A stretch of 62,945 bases of DNA, filler included, from Octopus bimaculoides (taxonomy: Eukaryota): assembly GCF_001194135.2 (NCBI RefSeq). It is 4 parts of 4 records of this genome, joined end to end, with 100 filler letters (N's around TTAATTAATTAA, not from the genome) between each part and the next. Parts side by side here need not be neighbours in the genome. Positions count along the whole stretch, not along the records: positions 58,168 to 62,945 come from NC_068985.1; 3 more parts are not named here. One strand, given 5' to 3'. Under the pieces are notes generated by a model, which worked only from the letters and a program-made list of their open reading frames with translations, was not told the origin of the DNA and did no database searches. The translations under genes were made by a program, and so were the position numbers. Each line of letters opens with the position of its first letter. Within the stretch, counting starts at the first letter, position 1. Positions 62,537 to 62,945 of this stretch are shown here, in pieces.

Positions 62537-62945
62537 TTCATTTCTCCCTCTTGCACTTAGCCTCTCTTTCGATCATTGTTCATTCTATTTAATTTTCCCC
62601 CTCACTTCCTCCTCTTACTGTTTCTTTACAGTTGCTGCTTCCTATATTTTCCTTATATACTGCTCTCCTCTCGCTCTGACTTCGGTTTCTGTGCATATGC
62701 GCGTGCGTGTGGGAATAAATGTCTATCTATCTGTCTATCTATCTATCTATCTATCTACATGTCTGTATATATACACTCATATACACGTGCACAGTAAGCC
62801 CTAAAATGCAGTGATACACGCTCACACACAGTCACACATGCATACACATGTGCTTCAGACACTTTGATATTATGAAAGACAAAAAAACATGAATATCCAA
62901 AACAATGTGTGCGCGCGTGAATATATATATATATATATATATATA

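Overview
Eukaryotic, AT-rich, gapped draft-assembly DNA, very rich in microsatellites and SINEs. The repeat landscape suggests a coleoid cephalopod, probably Octopus (inference). Two spliced genes can be rebuilt by hand. (1) The 5' part of IFT172 on the minus strand: 9 coding exons, 15008 to 3655, 1005 nt = 335 aa of the N-terminal WD40 region, continuing beyond the window's left edge or into a gap. A canonical RFX X-box lies about 215 bp upstream of its ATG. (2) A complete 4-exon, 181-aa, four-TM MARVEL-domain gene on the plus strand (16412-21122), head-to-head with IFT172 and 1.4 kb away. The rest is mostly repeat: several tRNA-derived SINE families, RTE and Dong/R4 LINE fragments, a Penelope GIY-YIG fragment, mariner, maT and hAT transposase relics, a TIR-intact Merlin deletion derivative, degenerate satellites and several fold-back inverted repeats. 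A possible orphan two-exon gene end lies at 47.6-48.4 kb (minus). The most unusual signals are two fold-back elements (7.0-7.4 kb, inside an IFT172 intron, and 44.7-44.8 kb) with minimal hammerhead-ribozyme cores of the kind known from Penelope-like pseudo-LTRs, and long hairpins clustered at 34.3-35.0 kb. Almost all ORFs in the supplied track are microsatellite or N-gap artefacts. No database searches or folding programs were run; family names come from motif recognition only.
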